Assembly: GCA_951406725.2 (NCBI GenBank)
Contig: OX597818.1
Location: 126,542,001-126,606,000, forward strand
DNA: 64,000 bases
Direction: 5' to 3'
DNA from: Octopus vulgaris
Lineage: Eukaryota
In this document: positions 14,201-27,143 of the stretch, in pieces
Numbering within the stretch: the first letter of the stretch is position 1
How the letters are laid out: the number at the start of each line of letters is the position of its first letter
Made by a program: the position numbers and the translations under genes
The notes under the pieces: generated by a model
The model's database searches: none
What the model was told of the DNA's origin: nothing
The model's input: only the letters and a program-made list of their open reading frames with translations

Positions 14201-15236
14201 ATGAAGCTTTCGTTCTCAGCATACGTGTTTGCTTAAAATATTTGAACCGTAGCCGTGACGGATAAGCTCAATGTCTGGTTGGTTGAATAAGCTTCCACTC
14301 CCGAACAATTCAGATTTTGTTCATTTTTCCCAAATTTGTTCGTTCATCTCGTGTTTTTGTTTATTTGAATGATATTGTCAAGAGCAATTTTAACCCAATA
14401 TTGTTCCTCGCTCTACAAGTTATAATTAGTTGGAAAATTAGGAGCAGCGGGGTAGAATTACAAATGCATGCACGCACGCATGATCACACGTGTTTATGTC
14501 TCTCTCTATATATATGAATGTATGTATGTATGTATGTATGTATGTATGTATATATGTATGCATGTATGTATGTATGTATGTATGTATGTATGTATGTATG
14601 TATTAATGTATATTATATGTGTATATATACCTATATAAATACATATATGTGTTTGTATAAATGTTTATATATATATATATATGTATATATATGTGTGTGT
14701 GGGGAGAGAGAGAGAGAGAGAGAGAGAGCGAAAGAAAGAGAAATAGACAGACAGACAGACAGAGAGCAATACATATATAAATGTATATATATTAGTATCC
14801 GTGTATGTAAGTTTGTAAGTGTGAGAGAGATAATAATTAAATCTATATAAGATACAAGAGCACTCAATACCAGTTTTTGTAGTGCTTAGTGTAATACGGT
14901 CAAAGTTATGACCTTATATAGGTACAGGCTGTTTCGTTAACGTGTGCACAAGCTGCATAAATACACTCATCAGATCCCGTATCGTATCTTATCTCTCTCC
15001 TGCCGTGGGAGAATGTAGTAAGTACTTTAAAAGGTTTGATGTATTTTGAAAATAACATTATCACTCCCCAATGCTTTAAGCCGTTTTAAATAACTTCCGG
15101 TTTCTCACACAGAGGGGAAAGGATGAAATGCTTAAAAGCAGGTTGTCCGAATAAGTGCACTAAGCAGAGGAACGGAGGTTCTTGAAACAGACTGTAGCCA
15201 TAAACAACTGTAATTGCTGACTAAGTTATTCCGTTG

Positions 15237-15382
15237 TTGTGTGGTAAGAAGCTTGCTTCCCAATCATATGGTTCTGGGTTCAGTCCCACTGCGTGACATC
15301 GTAGGTAAATATCTTCTACTATGGCCGATCAAAGCCTTGTGGGTGGATTCGGTAGACGGAAACTGAAAGAACCCCGTCGTAT
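15237..15382 (+). mobile_element. SINE family A, 5' part
   Basis: tgtggtaagaagcttgcttcccaa...gggttcagtcccactgcg...gtagacggaaactgaaagaa. Confidence 0.75.
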
Positions 15383-15547
15383 ACTTGCCTTGATCAAGAT
15401 ATACATGGCTTTATTGACTTTATTTAATATATATCTTTATCAATGCAAGCATAGTACAGTAGTATCTCGGTTTTCGAAAAGCTCTGATCACGAAAAAATC
15501 GTGCTTTATATATATATACACACACACGCACGCACACACATACTCAT

Positions 15548-15587
<40 letters not shown>

Positions 15588-15643
15588 ACACTTGGCGATT
15601 TTTTTCCTCTGTCTTCCCTTCTCTGGATCTTTCCTTCTCCTAT

Positions 15644-15678
15644 GTTTCCGACGAAGAGCTCCGCTCGAAACGTTAAAC
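15644..15678 (+). ncRNA. Minimal type I hammerhead ribozyme (C4 variant)
   Basis: GUUU CCGACGA A GAGC-UCC-GCUC GAAA CGU U AAAC: stem I GUUU/AAAC, stem II GAGC/GCUC, palindromic ACGU stem III. Confidence 0.7.
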
Positions 15679-15772
15679 CCTCCTTCTTTCCTTCTTTCCT
15701 GAGCGTCCAATAATACTATATTTGTTGCACGTCGTCGCGTTGTTGTGTTTTTTTGTGCTTTCTTGTTTGGAT

Positions 15773-15848
<76 letters not shown>

Positions 15849-15861
15849 TATATATATATAT

Positions 15862-16390
15862 AAAGCACGATCTATTAGTGATCAGAGACGTTCGTAAACC
15901 CAGGTACAACTGTATTAAATGAATATGAGAAAGACAGGAGATGAAGCACGATTTATTCGGGATCAGAGTTGTTAGAAAACCGAGGTACAACTGTATATGA
16001 TTAATCTGCTCATTGTATAATACTTATCTGATTTTTGATTTTTGATTCTTATATACATATTTTATTTATGATTAATTGTAAGTGGGCTTATTACCCACAA
16101 AAGGGAACTGTACTTCATTCTAAAGTATTCTATAGCTTGATCTCCCCTGTACGCCACCTGCTACAGGCAAATATCGAAATGTATTATAATCGAAATAAGT
16201 GAAACCGGGTTTAATGAGCGAGATACCTTTTGAAAATCACCTGACGAGGTACATCTGCACAGAATGATGCGCCACAATCAGTTGCACAGAATCTCACCAG
16301 CGAGGTACCGTTGCACGATGTTGTCGAAACGATCGTAGTGATTAATAAACAATCTCATGAATTCTATTTTCTGTTTCTCTCGTATATGTT
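15862..16390 (+). mobile_element. Penelope-like 3' end / pseudo-LTR remnant
   Basis: Duplicated ~50-bp motif spaced 80 bp apart (KPRYN), a hammerhead at 16235-16343 followed by AATAAA, and adjacency to (TA)n. Confidence 0.55.
16235..16343 (+). ncRNA. Type I hammerhead ribozyme with canonical core and extended stem II
   Basis: AAUCAC CUGACGA [78 nt] GAAA CGAUCGU A GUGAUU: 6-bp stem I, palindromic ACGAUCGU stem III, GUA cleavage triplet. Confidence 0.75.
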
Positions 16391-16405
16391 ATACACACAC
16401 GCACG

Positions 16406-16458
<53 letters not shown>

Positions 16459-16762
16459 GTTAATATTATATCGTCTGAATAAATGAATCCATGAAGATGA
16501 TCTACCCGATGCCCACGGTTACTACGGACTACACTGCAACCATACCAGGAATACGGACTGTGATCTGTGATTTGTGGAAATGCGCGTAGCGGTGCATCAA
16601 AATGTTTATAAATTCCATCCAAGGATTATTGTTATCATTACTATATTTATCTTTATATCAGTACAGGTCGATGCAACCCTCCGGAAAAGGGTTCACCAGC
16701 ATAATAGAATAAGCGCTTTATTTGCATATTCAAAAAGTTTCCCGTAAACCAATTTAAAAGAT

Positions 16763-16823
<61 letters not shown>

Positions 16824-17284
16824 TACACACACATATGTATATAACCTTTTACTCGTTTACATATTTCAGTCACTTGACTGTGGCCATGCTGGAGTACCGC
16901 TTTAGTCGAACAAATCGTGGTGGGGGGTTGTTCTGTTTCTCTTCCTGTAAACTCATGTCTGTACATTTCCCACTATATGTATATCTTTATTTGCTATCAA
17001 GGTACTATCCCACACTTGTTTTGGCAAAAGTATAAACTGCTATTAAAATGCTGGCCGCTGATTGCTTGCAGGAAAATGCACTATCAATACCTCTATTCTT
17101 CAAACATCTGTTTGGACCAGCCGGCAAACTTTCAGTCTTCTCATCAAGATTTCGGTTATAGCACATCCCGAGAAGGTAGTTATCTGCCCCTGGTTGAAAC
17201 TCTCCCGTATGACATGAACGCATGATCAGTGACTTGCTTATTCTTCTGCGTACTGCCGACTCTCAGGCTGTATGACCGATTTAT

Positions 17285-18500
17285 ATGATGTCTCCGAAGA
17301 AATCGCGCAAATACTGTTGTATATGCAGCAATTACAGAGGGAAGAATGTAGACGGCAAGGTTATTTCACTTCGTAGATACCCAGCAAACGTCGCTATTCG
17401 TCGTATTTAGCTTCAGAGATCGAGACTTGTGAGGAAAGTCTTTGTTTACATTGCAAATAGCCAGATTAGCTCCCAGCATTTCGTCAATTCTAATGGACCA
17501 TTCACAGAACACCCCTTGCCATCCGTTTTTCCAAACAAAGTATTTAAAACATCGGTACGTGCATGTTCATACACGCAGTACTCGGACCTTGGAAAGTAAG
17601 ATGGTGGATTGTGAATCACAGGCAAATGCATCTGTGGTTACATAAGAAGATGTGAAAAATGATAAGTAGAAGTTTCTATTTTACTCAGGAATAACAGATT
17701 CCATGACTTTTGATTGTTTTTTTTTTAATGAAAACTGCCAGACATGGTGAATCATCAGAGCAAGAGAGACCCAGGCAGCTTCGATTAATTGATGAATTTT
17801 TTTTTCTTGTACTTATGAGATTGCGACTTGGGCTACTATTAGAGGATTTAGCATATCGCTCCTGCATTAGCACAATAACATGCGACACAATATTTTATAA
17901 GTGGATTGATTACTTAGATGTCCAGTTATCATTTCTGGTAATATGGCCATCAAGAAAAGCAGAGAATGACCATATGCCACCATCCTTTCGTGCAAAGTAT
18001 CGAACTTGTCGAGTTATAGTTGATTGTATAGAAATACGAACTGAGACTCCTTCTCCACAAAGCAAATGATGTACACTGATTATAAATCACATATGACATG
18101 GAAGGGCTTAATAGGTATCAGTCCAGCTGGTGCAGTAACTTTAGTATCGGAGTTATGGGCAGGGAGTGTCAGTGATCAAGTTGTTACACAGAAAAGCTAT
18201 TTATTAGATCTCTGCGAAAGTAGCGATTCCATAATGGCCGACAAAGGATTTCTTATCTTTGATCTCACAACACCCTGTAGAATCCAGTTGATCCTACTCC
18301 CGTTTAAAAACCAGAAAAGGCAACTATCCAAGAGGGAAGTTTGGGAATCACGGACTATTGCAAACCTTCGGGTTCATGTTGAGTGTCAGATGGAAAGAAT
18401 TAAGAACTTCAATATTTTGAAAGTAGTCATACCTTTAAGTATGTCTCACCAAGTGTCAAAAATCTGGAAATTGTGTGCTAGACTGAACAATTCACAGCCA
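17285..18500 (+). mobile_element. PIF/Harbinger-superfamily (ISL2EU-like) transposase pseudogene: THAP, HTH and DDE_Tnp_4 domains
   Basis: From ATG 17285: MMSPKKSRKYCCICSNY...RRYP...I*...SQHF...PSVFP (THAP). Then LVLMRLRLGLLLEDLAYR (HTH), VIVDCIEI, YKSHMTWKGLIGISPAG, GSVSD, IMADKGF and IANLRVHVE (DDE). Stops and frameshifts are present. Confidence 0.88.
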
Positions 18501-18502
18501 CC

Positions 18503-18601
18503 ACTTATTCTGTTGGTCTCTTTTTGCCAAACCACTAAATTACATAAACACCCCCCCCTGCGCAAAACTGGCTGTCAAGCGGTGGTGGAGGACAAACACA
18601 A

Positions 18602-18646
<45 letters not shown>

Positions 18647-18748
18647 GTCCTTCTTTCAGTTTCCATCTACCAAATCCACTTTGTTCAACCCGAGGCTATT
18701 GTAGAAGACACTTGCCTAAAGTGCCACACAGTGGGATTGAACCCAGAC
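18503..18748 (-). mobile_element. SINE family A with internal (CA)n
   Basis: tgtcaagcggtggtgg...(CA)n...ttcagtttccatctaccaaatcc...gaagacacttgcc. Confidence 0.75.
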
Positions 18749-19301
18749 GAGGAGCCTCAATCACCATGCTCCACCACCCCAACCTCGTCCTCTCCATCAC
18801 TATTGCTGTCATTGACCAAAAGCAATTATCTCATATATTAATCCCACCTCTCCTTATATTTAAAGAAATTTCAGCAAAAATCTTTCGATGATATGACGTG
18901 ACACAAAACAACAATGGCGTGGGGAGTCTGCGGAAGTCGAATTGTCTGCATGGAGCACCGCCTTGCCAAGGGAGATAATCTACTTATCGGAATGTCTCAT
19001 AAGTAGCGATGACTAGCTTTAACTGCAACTTAATATCAATAATCTGAGCTTACGTGTAAATGTTCCGGGAGAATACCAGCACAGCCGTTATGAACAATCC
19101 TCAGTTAATCTTTCATTGACCTCTTGTGATTTAAACTCCCCTAACATTCAAGTGTATCCTAATGTTTTGTCAGTACTTATATAGGAAAGAGGAAAGGTCC
19201 AGGGAAATGGTAAAAGTCGAAAACCACGTGGTTGAAGTGACCGATATGAGTGTGTGTGTGTGCGTGGAGAGAAAGAGAGACAGACAGACAGATATGGAGA
19301 A

Positions 19302-19332
<31 letters not shown>

Positions 19333-20071
19333 AACAGGCAGATAAACCGACAGACTGACAAATAAATAGACAGATAGAGACGGAGAGAAAGATATTGAGG
19401 TTTATTAAAAATTCCCGTTTCTCGGTCTATGTTATAAAGTATAAATTAGTAAACAGTCACATTATTATATTGTTGGTCATTGTGGAGACTGCAATGCCAC
19501 GCACCGTTAAGCTTGTATACAGTTAGCTCCGATAAACGTTATCCCACTTATATATAGTGTCCCATTATATATGAGCAGTCACTCATTTTATGGTGTACGA
19601 ACCAGATCAACACCCCACTCTCTCTCTCTCTCTCTCTTTCCCTTTCTCCTCCTAACCTTTTTCACTTATCTCTTTCTTTCTTATGGCACCTATCCTATCG
19701 TATTTCCGTCCATAGTTTTCGCACCAATCTATTTTTATTAGGCCTGGAGTTATTAATGTCTAGATAGGTGTCTAATAACACTAATACACTAGAGACATTT
19801 TGAAAATTCGGTAACGAAACATCTACACAGAGTGGCTCGATCTGCTAAATATAACTCACTAGTAGCCAAATAGCTCTGCACCATAATCTGGCCTATTGTC
19901 ATTGAAAAGGAAGGACGAATAATTTCGTTGTTGGATTTGGTTTGCAAGATTCTTAATGTGAGTTGGTGTGTTGATGCATATTTTGCCGTGTCTGAGGAGA
20001 GTCATTCTCTTTTGGGGCCCCATTATTTAATACACTCACCAGTTTAGTTTCCACTCATTTACTTGCTTTTT

Positions 20072-20110
20072 CTAGCATTTTCGTTGCGTTTTGCAACCTT
20101 TTCAGTAGTC
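20072..20110 (-). ncRNA. Degenerate hammerhead-like motif
   Basis: Minus strand CUA CUGAAAA G GUUGC-AAAAC-GCAAC GAAA AUGC UAG; stem III and the cleavage site are imperfect. Confidence 0.4.
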
Positions 20111-20550
20111 GTTGATTTTGTTCTCTGAGCTGCGTTCTTTTTGTTTGTTTGTGCGCATGTGTATGGGTCAATGTGCGTGCTCATACACATATGCGTGTAT
20201 GTATGTATGTATGTATGTATGTATGTATGTATGTATGTATGTATGAGTGTGTGCGTGTGTGTGTGTGTGTGTGTACGTTTGTATGCATGTGTTCTGCATA
20301 TTCATGTGTTTGTGTTTTTATGTTCGTGTGTCTGTGTGTGTGTATACCTCTGTCTCCTTGTCTGTGCATGTCTGAGTGTGTTTGTGTATAGGTTTTTGTG
20401 GCTATGTACTTGCGTATGTATACACATATACATACGTGTATGAACATATATATATATATACACGCTCACACACAGGCACACACATGCACACACATGCACA
20501 CACACGCACATACATACATACGTCTACATAAGAGCCGACTAACTATTCTA

Positions 20551-20582
<32 letters not shown>

Positions 20583-21302
20583 CTAGCAGTATCGCCCGGG
20601 GTTGCGGTTTATTTAGACCCTTTAGAATTGGAATTTTTGAAAAGTAAAAATTTGGCAGTATGTTGCTTGTTATTCTCTTTAAGTGAAATACACCGAAAAA
20701 TGACGACACAGCAGTCAAAACATCGTAAAAAATAGGGATTTTCATTAAAAAAAGGCACTTTTTGATGTAAATAATTTTTGGTGTTAACATGGTCCGATTT
20801 GAATTTTTTCTTCTACGAAAGGAAGATTTAGCCTTCTTCTATCGTACTCTCATATACATATATGTATATATGTATATATATATATACATACATATATATG
20901 ATATATATATATTAATGCAAAAAAACCCTCCAGGCTACATCCCGAAAATTCATTACTTTGCCGAATTTCTACGTTTACGGCGATTCGTTTTTATATCTTG
21001 ATTTTTTATTTTTCATGCAATTTACGCATGCTTGCACGCGTGGTGAACACAGTTCACGTCAAACAGCTGAATGAGTAAAGTTCACTATTCAATGCATGGG
21101 ATAAGGCCTAAACAAACACATTATCGATTTTTGCACTTGCGAGATGAATTTCGGAACAGAAATAGCGCAGTTCAGTTTTCTTTCGCCTAAACTTTAAGTG
21201 ACCCATTTTTGGTGGTTCTACGATTTGTTGGCTAGGAGGAGATGTGCCGGGAAGTTAAACACACAGACACACACACAGATACACACACAGACGCGCAAGT
21301 TG

Positions 21303-21360
<58 letters not shown>
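20583..21360 (-). mobile_element. Non-autonomous Helitron
   Basis: Minus strand begins CTATATA...TAATTCAACTTGCGCGTCTGTGTG (microsatellite near the 5' end). It ends with a GC-rich subterminal segment and CTAG followed by T. No TIR or TSD seen. Confidence 0.7.
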
Positions 21361-21362
<2 letters not shown>

Positions 21363-21386
21363 TGGGTATAAGGGTTTGGTTACCTA

Positions 21387-22030
21387 CTATGTGTATTTCC
21401 TATTTAGTACTGGGGATGTTTCATTTATGAGAACGTACTCCTGTATTTGTCTGAGTGTTGTGTCCTTCGGGTATTAGGATAAAATGCAGATGTGTAATTG
21501 ACCCAGGTTGCCTCCATGTCGGTCTTTGGCATGTTGATAGAGTATGGAGGACTGTTTTTTGTCGTCATATTGTCTCAAATGTCCATTTAGTCTTTCCGAA
21601 ATTCTTCTAGATAGCTCACCTATGTATATCATGTTCTTGTCTTAATAAGCAACTTCTGTGCACCTTATCCTGTAGACTACAGTTCTAGTTCTACAGTTAA
21701 TTCCAGGGTTAATCCTACATGCCATGCAGTTATCATTGGCACATTTGGTATTCTTAAAGCGGTACGTCTTACATAGTTGTGATCTGATGGAGCTCCCTGG
21801 CTTTTCAACGATCTTAATGTCGAGTTTGGCCTCTTTCAGAGCTCTCCTAAATCCAGGGTCTCGTTCTCCATGGGCTGTGGCTTCTACAAACATCACTCCT
21901 TGATATTTGTAGGTATTGTACCACGTGTTCACCCTGTTTGCTTTGTCACAAACTCTTTGTATTCTATTCCCGTCTTTACTTCTATATCTAGGGCAGCTAC
22001 CACTGGTTTCATTACATATAAATAGATTGT
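21387..22030 (-). mobile_element. Penelope-like element C-terminal fragment (Naiad-like linker and GIY-YIG)
   Basis: VMFVEAT...IKIVEKPG...CANDNCMAC...NCRTRTVVYRIRC...*...IYIGELSRRISERLNGH...LYQHAKDRH...LRQIQEYVLI...PVLNRK. Confidence 0.85.
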
Positions 22031-22291
22031 CGGAAATATAAATTCTATGTGACATTTATTCCGAATCTTTACATTATGAGATCAAATTTCGTGTAAGTCA
22101 TCTTTAATTTTCATCCCCCACCCACGAGATCGATAAAATAAACTAAAAGTTAAGTACTGAATCGTTATAATCGATTAACTCTTACCATGAAAGTTTTCAA
22201 TGTAGAGATTTAAACATTGTGTCTAAAATAACACCATACTACCTGTTTTACCAATAAACTGGTACCTGACAAATTCATTGGTAATTAATAC

Positions 22292-22556
22292 TTTATTCTT
22301 TCATTCTTTTACTTGTTTCAGTCATGTGACTGCGGTCATGCTGGAATACTGCCTTTAGTCAAATCGACCCCAGGACTTATTCATTTTAAACCTAGTGCTT
22401 ATCCTGTCGTTCTCTTTTGCCGAAAAGCTACGTTACGCGGACATCAGCACACCGACATCGGTTGACAATCGATGGTGAGGCGACAAATAAAGACACATAA
22501 ATAAAATATATATACATACATAATACATATATACATATATATGTACATATACATAC

Positions 22557-22616
<60 letters not shown>

Positions 22617-22779
22617 GAGGGGCTTCTATCAGTTTCCATCTACCAAATCCACTCACAAGACTTTGGTCGCCCCGAGGCGACAGTATAAGACACTTTCCCA
22701 AGGTGTCATGCAGTGGGTCTGAACCAGGAACCATGTGGTTACGGAGCAAGCCTCTTATCACACAGCCACTTCTGCGCCT
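22292..22779 (-). mobile_element. Near full-length SINE family A with internal (TA)n
   Basis: Head at 22615-22779, a microsatellite, then the body acaatcgatggtg and the tail gactgaaacaagtaaaagaat. Confidence 0.8.
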
Positions 22780-23197
22780 ATTTACTCTACGTTCATGTAA
22801 TTTTTACTTCCACTTCTCTACAAAGCTCTAAAAGATATGTTTAGGTTAATTACCCTAACGTATCTGGCTAATTAATGTTTCTATTAGTTGTCTGGATCTT
22901 ATTTATTTATTTGTTTTCCGTTTTCCGACATTGACATGTTCTGTAATTTCCGTTCTTTGAAACGGGGAGGGGTATATATATACCTTATATATATTATATA
23001 TAATATCTTTTAAATCTTTTAAATCTGCAGCCATGCTGGGTCTCACCTTCATGAATGAATCGACCACGGGACTTACTTTTTAAAGAATGTTATATATTCT
23101 ATTGGTCTCTTATACTGAAGTGTGAAGTTACAGGAACCAACACCGGTTGTCAAGCGGTAGTGGCAACAAACACAGACATAAAGACACACATATACAT

Positions 23198-23233
<36 letters not shown>

Positions 23234-23260
23234 ACACACACATAACACACAAACACACAC

Positions 23261-23324
<64 letters not shown>

Positions 23325-23331
23325 ACAAACA

Positions 23332-23832
23332 TACCGAGTCCGCAGCAAAACTATATACAGACTTTATTAAAAAAAGGAAATACGTGTAGAAATAATTTGA
23401 TATTAAATTTATTCTGTATCACGGTATTACTACAAGATATCGCTAGCCACTTTAATTACAAGAAGTACTCGAGTTGGGAGCTATTAGCTTTCAAACACTT
23501 ATTAGTACGGCGAATAGTTGCTTAGGCAACATTTACCAAAATGTCCAGTGAGATTGCTACACATGCTATTTCAATTTCTTCCCGAATGTCTGTCAGTGTA
23601 GGCAATTTTCTGCGGTCCACGACATCCTTTTGGGTGTCCCATAAGTAAACGTTTGCAAACACATGTGCGGAACTCAATTGGTCCTCTTCGTTCTGTCTAA
23701 TGTCCTTGCAGATTCTCATGCAGGTAAGCTCGCACGTTCCGACAGCGGTGTGGCTATACGTCGTCTTGTAAATAAATAAATTTAGTATTAAAATATTTTC
23801 ACATGTTTTTCTTTCTCTGAAGTGCATATAAA
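23332..23832 (-). mobile_element. Internally deleted Tc1/mariner-superfamily element (maT/DD37D-like)
   Basis: YLWDTQKDVV...TLTDIREEIEIACVAI matches a transposase C-terminus; diverged inverted repeats at about 23370-23420 and 23770-23830. Confidence 0.6.
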
Positions 23833-23848
23833 ATTTAATTAGTGGAAT

Positions 23849-23916
<68 letters not shown>

Positions 23917-23933
23917 ATATCTATCTATCTATA

Positions 23934-23971
<38 letters not shown>

Positions 23972-23972
23972 C

Positions 23973-24020
<48 letters not shown>

Positions 24021-25081
24021 TTATCTATCTATATATTTATCTATCTAGCTATCTATCTATTAATCTATCTATCTATCTGTCTGTCTGTCTGTCTGTCTAT
24101 TTATCTATCTATATATATGTAAACATAACTAGTCCTGGAACTTTTTGAAGCCACCTCGTAAATAGTAAGAATGCAAGCTTATATCAGTATCGTTAAAGCG
24201 TCGGACACAATTTAGCAGTCTTTTTCCACCATTTTTAAAATTGTGGTACAAGATTACATACTTACAGATTAATTGTTTAAACACTTGGTTGTTACACTTG
24301 TACCGCAACCCCTTCACCACTTCAGGAAAGTTTCAAGATCGCCTGGAAATGTCACATGCGATAGGCTAACATTTTACTCACGCAATGATATGCTTCGTGT
24401 TTGCTTCATGCTATGGAATAAGGGGTTCTCAGAAGCCTATTAAAAATCATTGTACATTTTGTATACCTAGCGCTGTATTGTCTAATATGTCCTCCCTCTC
24501 TTAAATATAGTACGGTGCGAGTTAAAAAAAGTAGCTGATACTTTCAGTATGTCGAGCGACTACGTAAAGGCCCCGTCATTGGCTCATGTGAGTGTTGCCA
24601 CTTTTTTTTATTTAACACCACATTAACCCTAATCAAATACACCATGACTAACCCGTCCTTTGCCTGTGTACAGAGAACCTCGGAACATACCTCAAACGTA
24701 CACATTTCTAATGCAGCAGGGCTGATATTTCTCGCAAAGTGAATTGACCAAGTGGAGGCTCTCTTATTGGCACGTGAGTTTGGGCGTGTAGTGGATGGTG
24801 TTTAAAATAATGTTCTCTGTGACCGAGCAACTCCTTGCAAAATATTATTTATTAATAGGATGTGAAAGACATATTTTATCTGTCAGTCAAAAAACCTGCC
24901 CTACTGACTGTCAGTTGCTTTGATTGTTTGTTTGTATATTTATTTATAAGTTTCCTCCTTTTTCCCCCACTCCACTTAATTTATATGACTAAATTACTTG
25001 TATCATAACCATCACGAACATCTTTCAATCTCATATATGTGCGTGTGTGTGTGTGTGGTTGCGTGCATTTATATGTATATG

Positions 25082-25112
<31 letters not shown>

Positions 25113-25253
25113 AAGTATGTATATATATATATATGTGCATGTATGTATGTTTATATTTATGAAATATTGCCGTCATTTTTATCACTTAGAATATATTCCA
25201 TGTTTAACCCTTCGGTATTTCCAGACTGAATAATTCAATGTATCCAGTGGAAA

Positions 25254-25360
<107 letters not shown>

Positions 25361-25621
25361 TGAATAAATGAATAAAGGCTTAATATAAATAAAAATAAAA
25401 CGAGGTAGCAAATAACTACTTTCAACCCAATGACCCCTGCAAAAAAGCAGAAAAGCTGTTAAACTGACAATAATGGGACACAGTTAATATAGTAAATAAC
25501 AACAAGAAAAGAACATGAAAGATAAGATTACAAAAATAAAATAAAATAAAATAAATAACTAAATAAAGCCCCCCCCAGGCACCCACCAAATCCAGATAGA
25601 GCAAAAATGACGACGAAGCTC

Positions 25622-25660
25622 AAAGCGGAAGTAGGCGGGGCAGGGTGAGACGTGATCATG
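25622..25660. promoter_or_regulatory. Cluster of ETS, GC-box and CRE/E-box-like motifs
   Basis: gcggaagt, ggcggggc and gacgtga lie within 40 bp in a CpG-poor background. Confidence 0.25.
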
Positions 25661-25927
25661 AAGGACTCCGTCTGTATTTTAGCGTCTAATGTTTCGAATA
25701 AATGCAACGTTCTGGAAACGGATCTGAAATTTCAATGAACCAAAATGAATGATCTCGTAGAAAAAAGAAAGAAAAAAACAACAAAAAAAGAAAAATCTGA
25801 ATTTGAAACCGAATATATTCCTTACACGGTGACCGCTGTGAGAGCCAAATCAGCGACAACAGTATCAACATCAACTACGACAGCTACAATTATAATTATT
25901 CTTTTTTTTTAAATTTTTTTCTTTACA

Positions 25928-26510
25928 AGGCCTGCAATTTATGAGAAGGGGTTTAGTTGCTTAAATCGACTTCAGTGCTCAACAACTGGTACAAAACATT
26001 TTTTCATCGAAAGTCAAAGTCGCACTCAGCAGAATTTGGACTTAGAACATTAAACCAGAAGAAACACCGCTAAGCATATCCGTAGCGCAAACAATTCTAC
26101 TTGTTCACTGCTTTTAATAATAATTTTTTCTACTATAGGCAAAAAGCCTGGTATTGTTGGGGGGGGGGGGGGCTTGTCGATAGCATCGACTTCAATTGGT
26201 TCTTGAATTGGTTCTTATTTCAGTGATATCGAAATGATGGTACGCAAAGTCGACATTGGTGTACTTTGATCTGAGAACGTAAAGCCAGGAGAAAAATACC
26301 TATTTCTTTATTACCGACAAGGGGCTAAACACAGAAGGGACAAACAAGGACAGACATAGGTATTAAGTCGATTACATCGACCCCCGTGAGTAACTACTGG
26401 TACTTAATTTATCGACCCCGAAAGGATGAAAGGCAAAGTCGACCTCGGCGGAATTTGAACTCAGAACGTAACGGCAGACGAAATACCGCTAAGCATTTTG
26501 CCCGACGCGC
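25928..26510 (-). mobile_element. Three consecutive SINE family B copies
   Basis: Repeated aaagtcgacctcggcggaatttgaactcagaacgt motif; the copy at 26300-26510 is best preserved. Confidence 0.8.
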
Positions 26511-26644
26511 AAACAGATCCATCCATCCATCCATTCATCCATCCATATATCTATCTAACTATCTATCTAACTATCTATCTATCTAGCTAGCTAGCTACAG
26601 ATATGTGTATGTCGATCTACAGACAGACAGACAGACAGACAGAC

Positions 26645-26738
<94 letters not shown>

Positions 26739-27044
26739 ACGGCATAGTTCAAGGCTTCAGAATTTGAACAGCAACAACGAGAACAATGAAAACAATAATG
26801 ACGACGACGATGACGCTGATGATGATGATGGTGTTCACGAATGCTAATGATAAAAATGCGTTACAAACCAAATATAGTAAAAGTAAATAAAAAAGCACAA
26901 AACATATATATATACATACATACACACATACATACATACATACATACATACTTACATACATACATACACACATACATACATACATACATACATACATACA
27001 TACATACATACATACATACATACACACATACGTACATACATACA

Positions 27045-27143
<99 letters not shown>

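Noticed and set aside
13609-14265. 218-aa poly-Asn ORF
   Set aside because: Pure (AAT)n microsatellite with no flanking domain or splice evidence.
24130-24345. Mariner-like TIR (tacgaggtggcttcaaaaagttcc on the minus strand)
   Set aside because: No partner TIR or convincing transposase translation was found, so it was not called as a feature.
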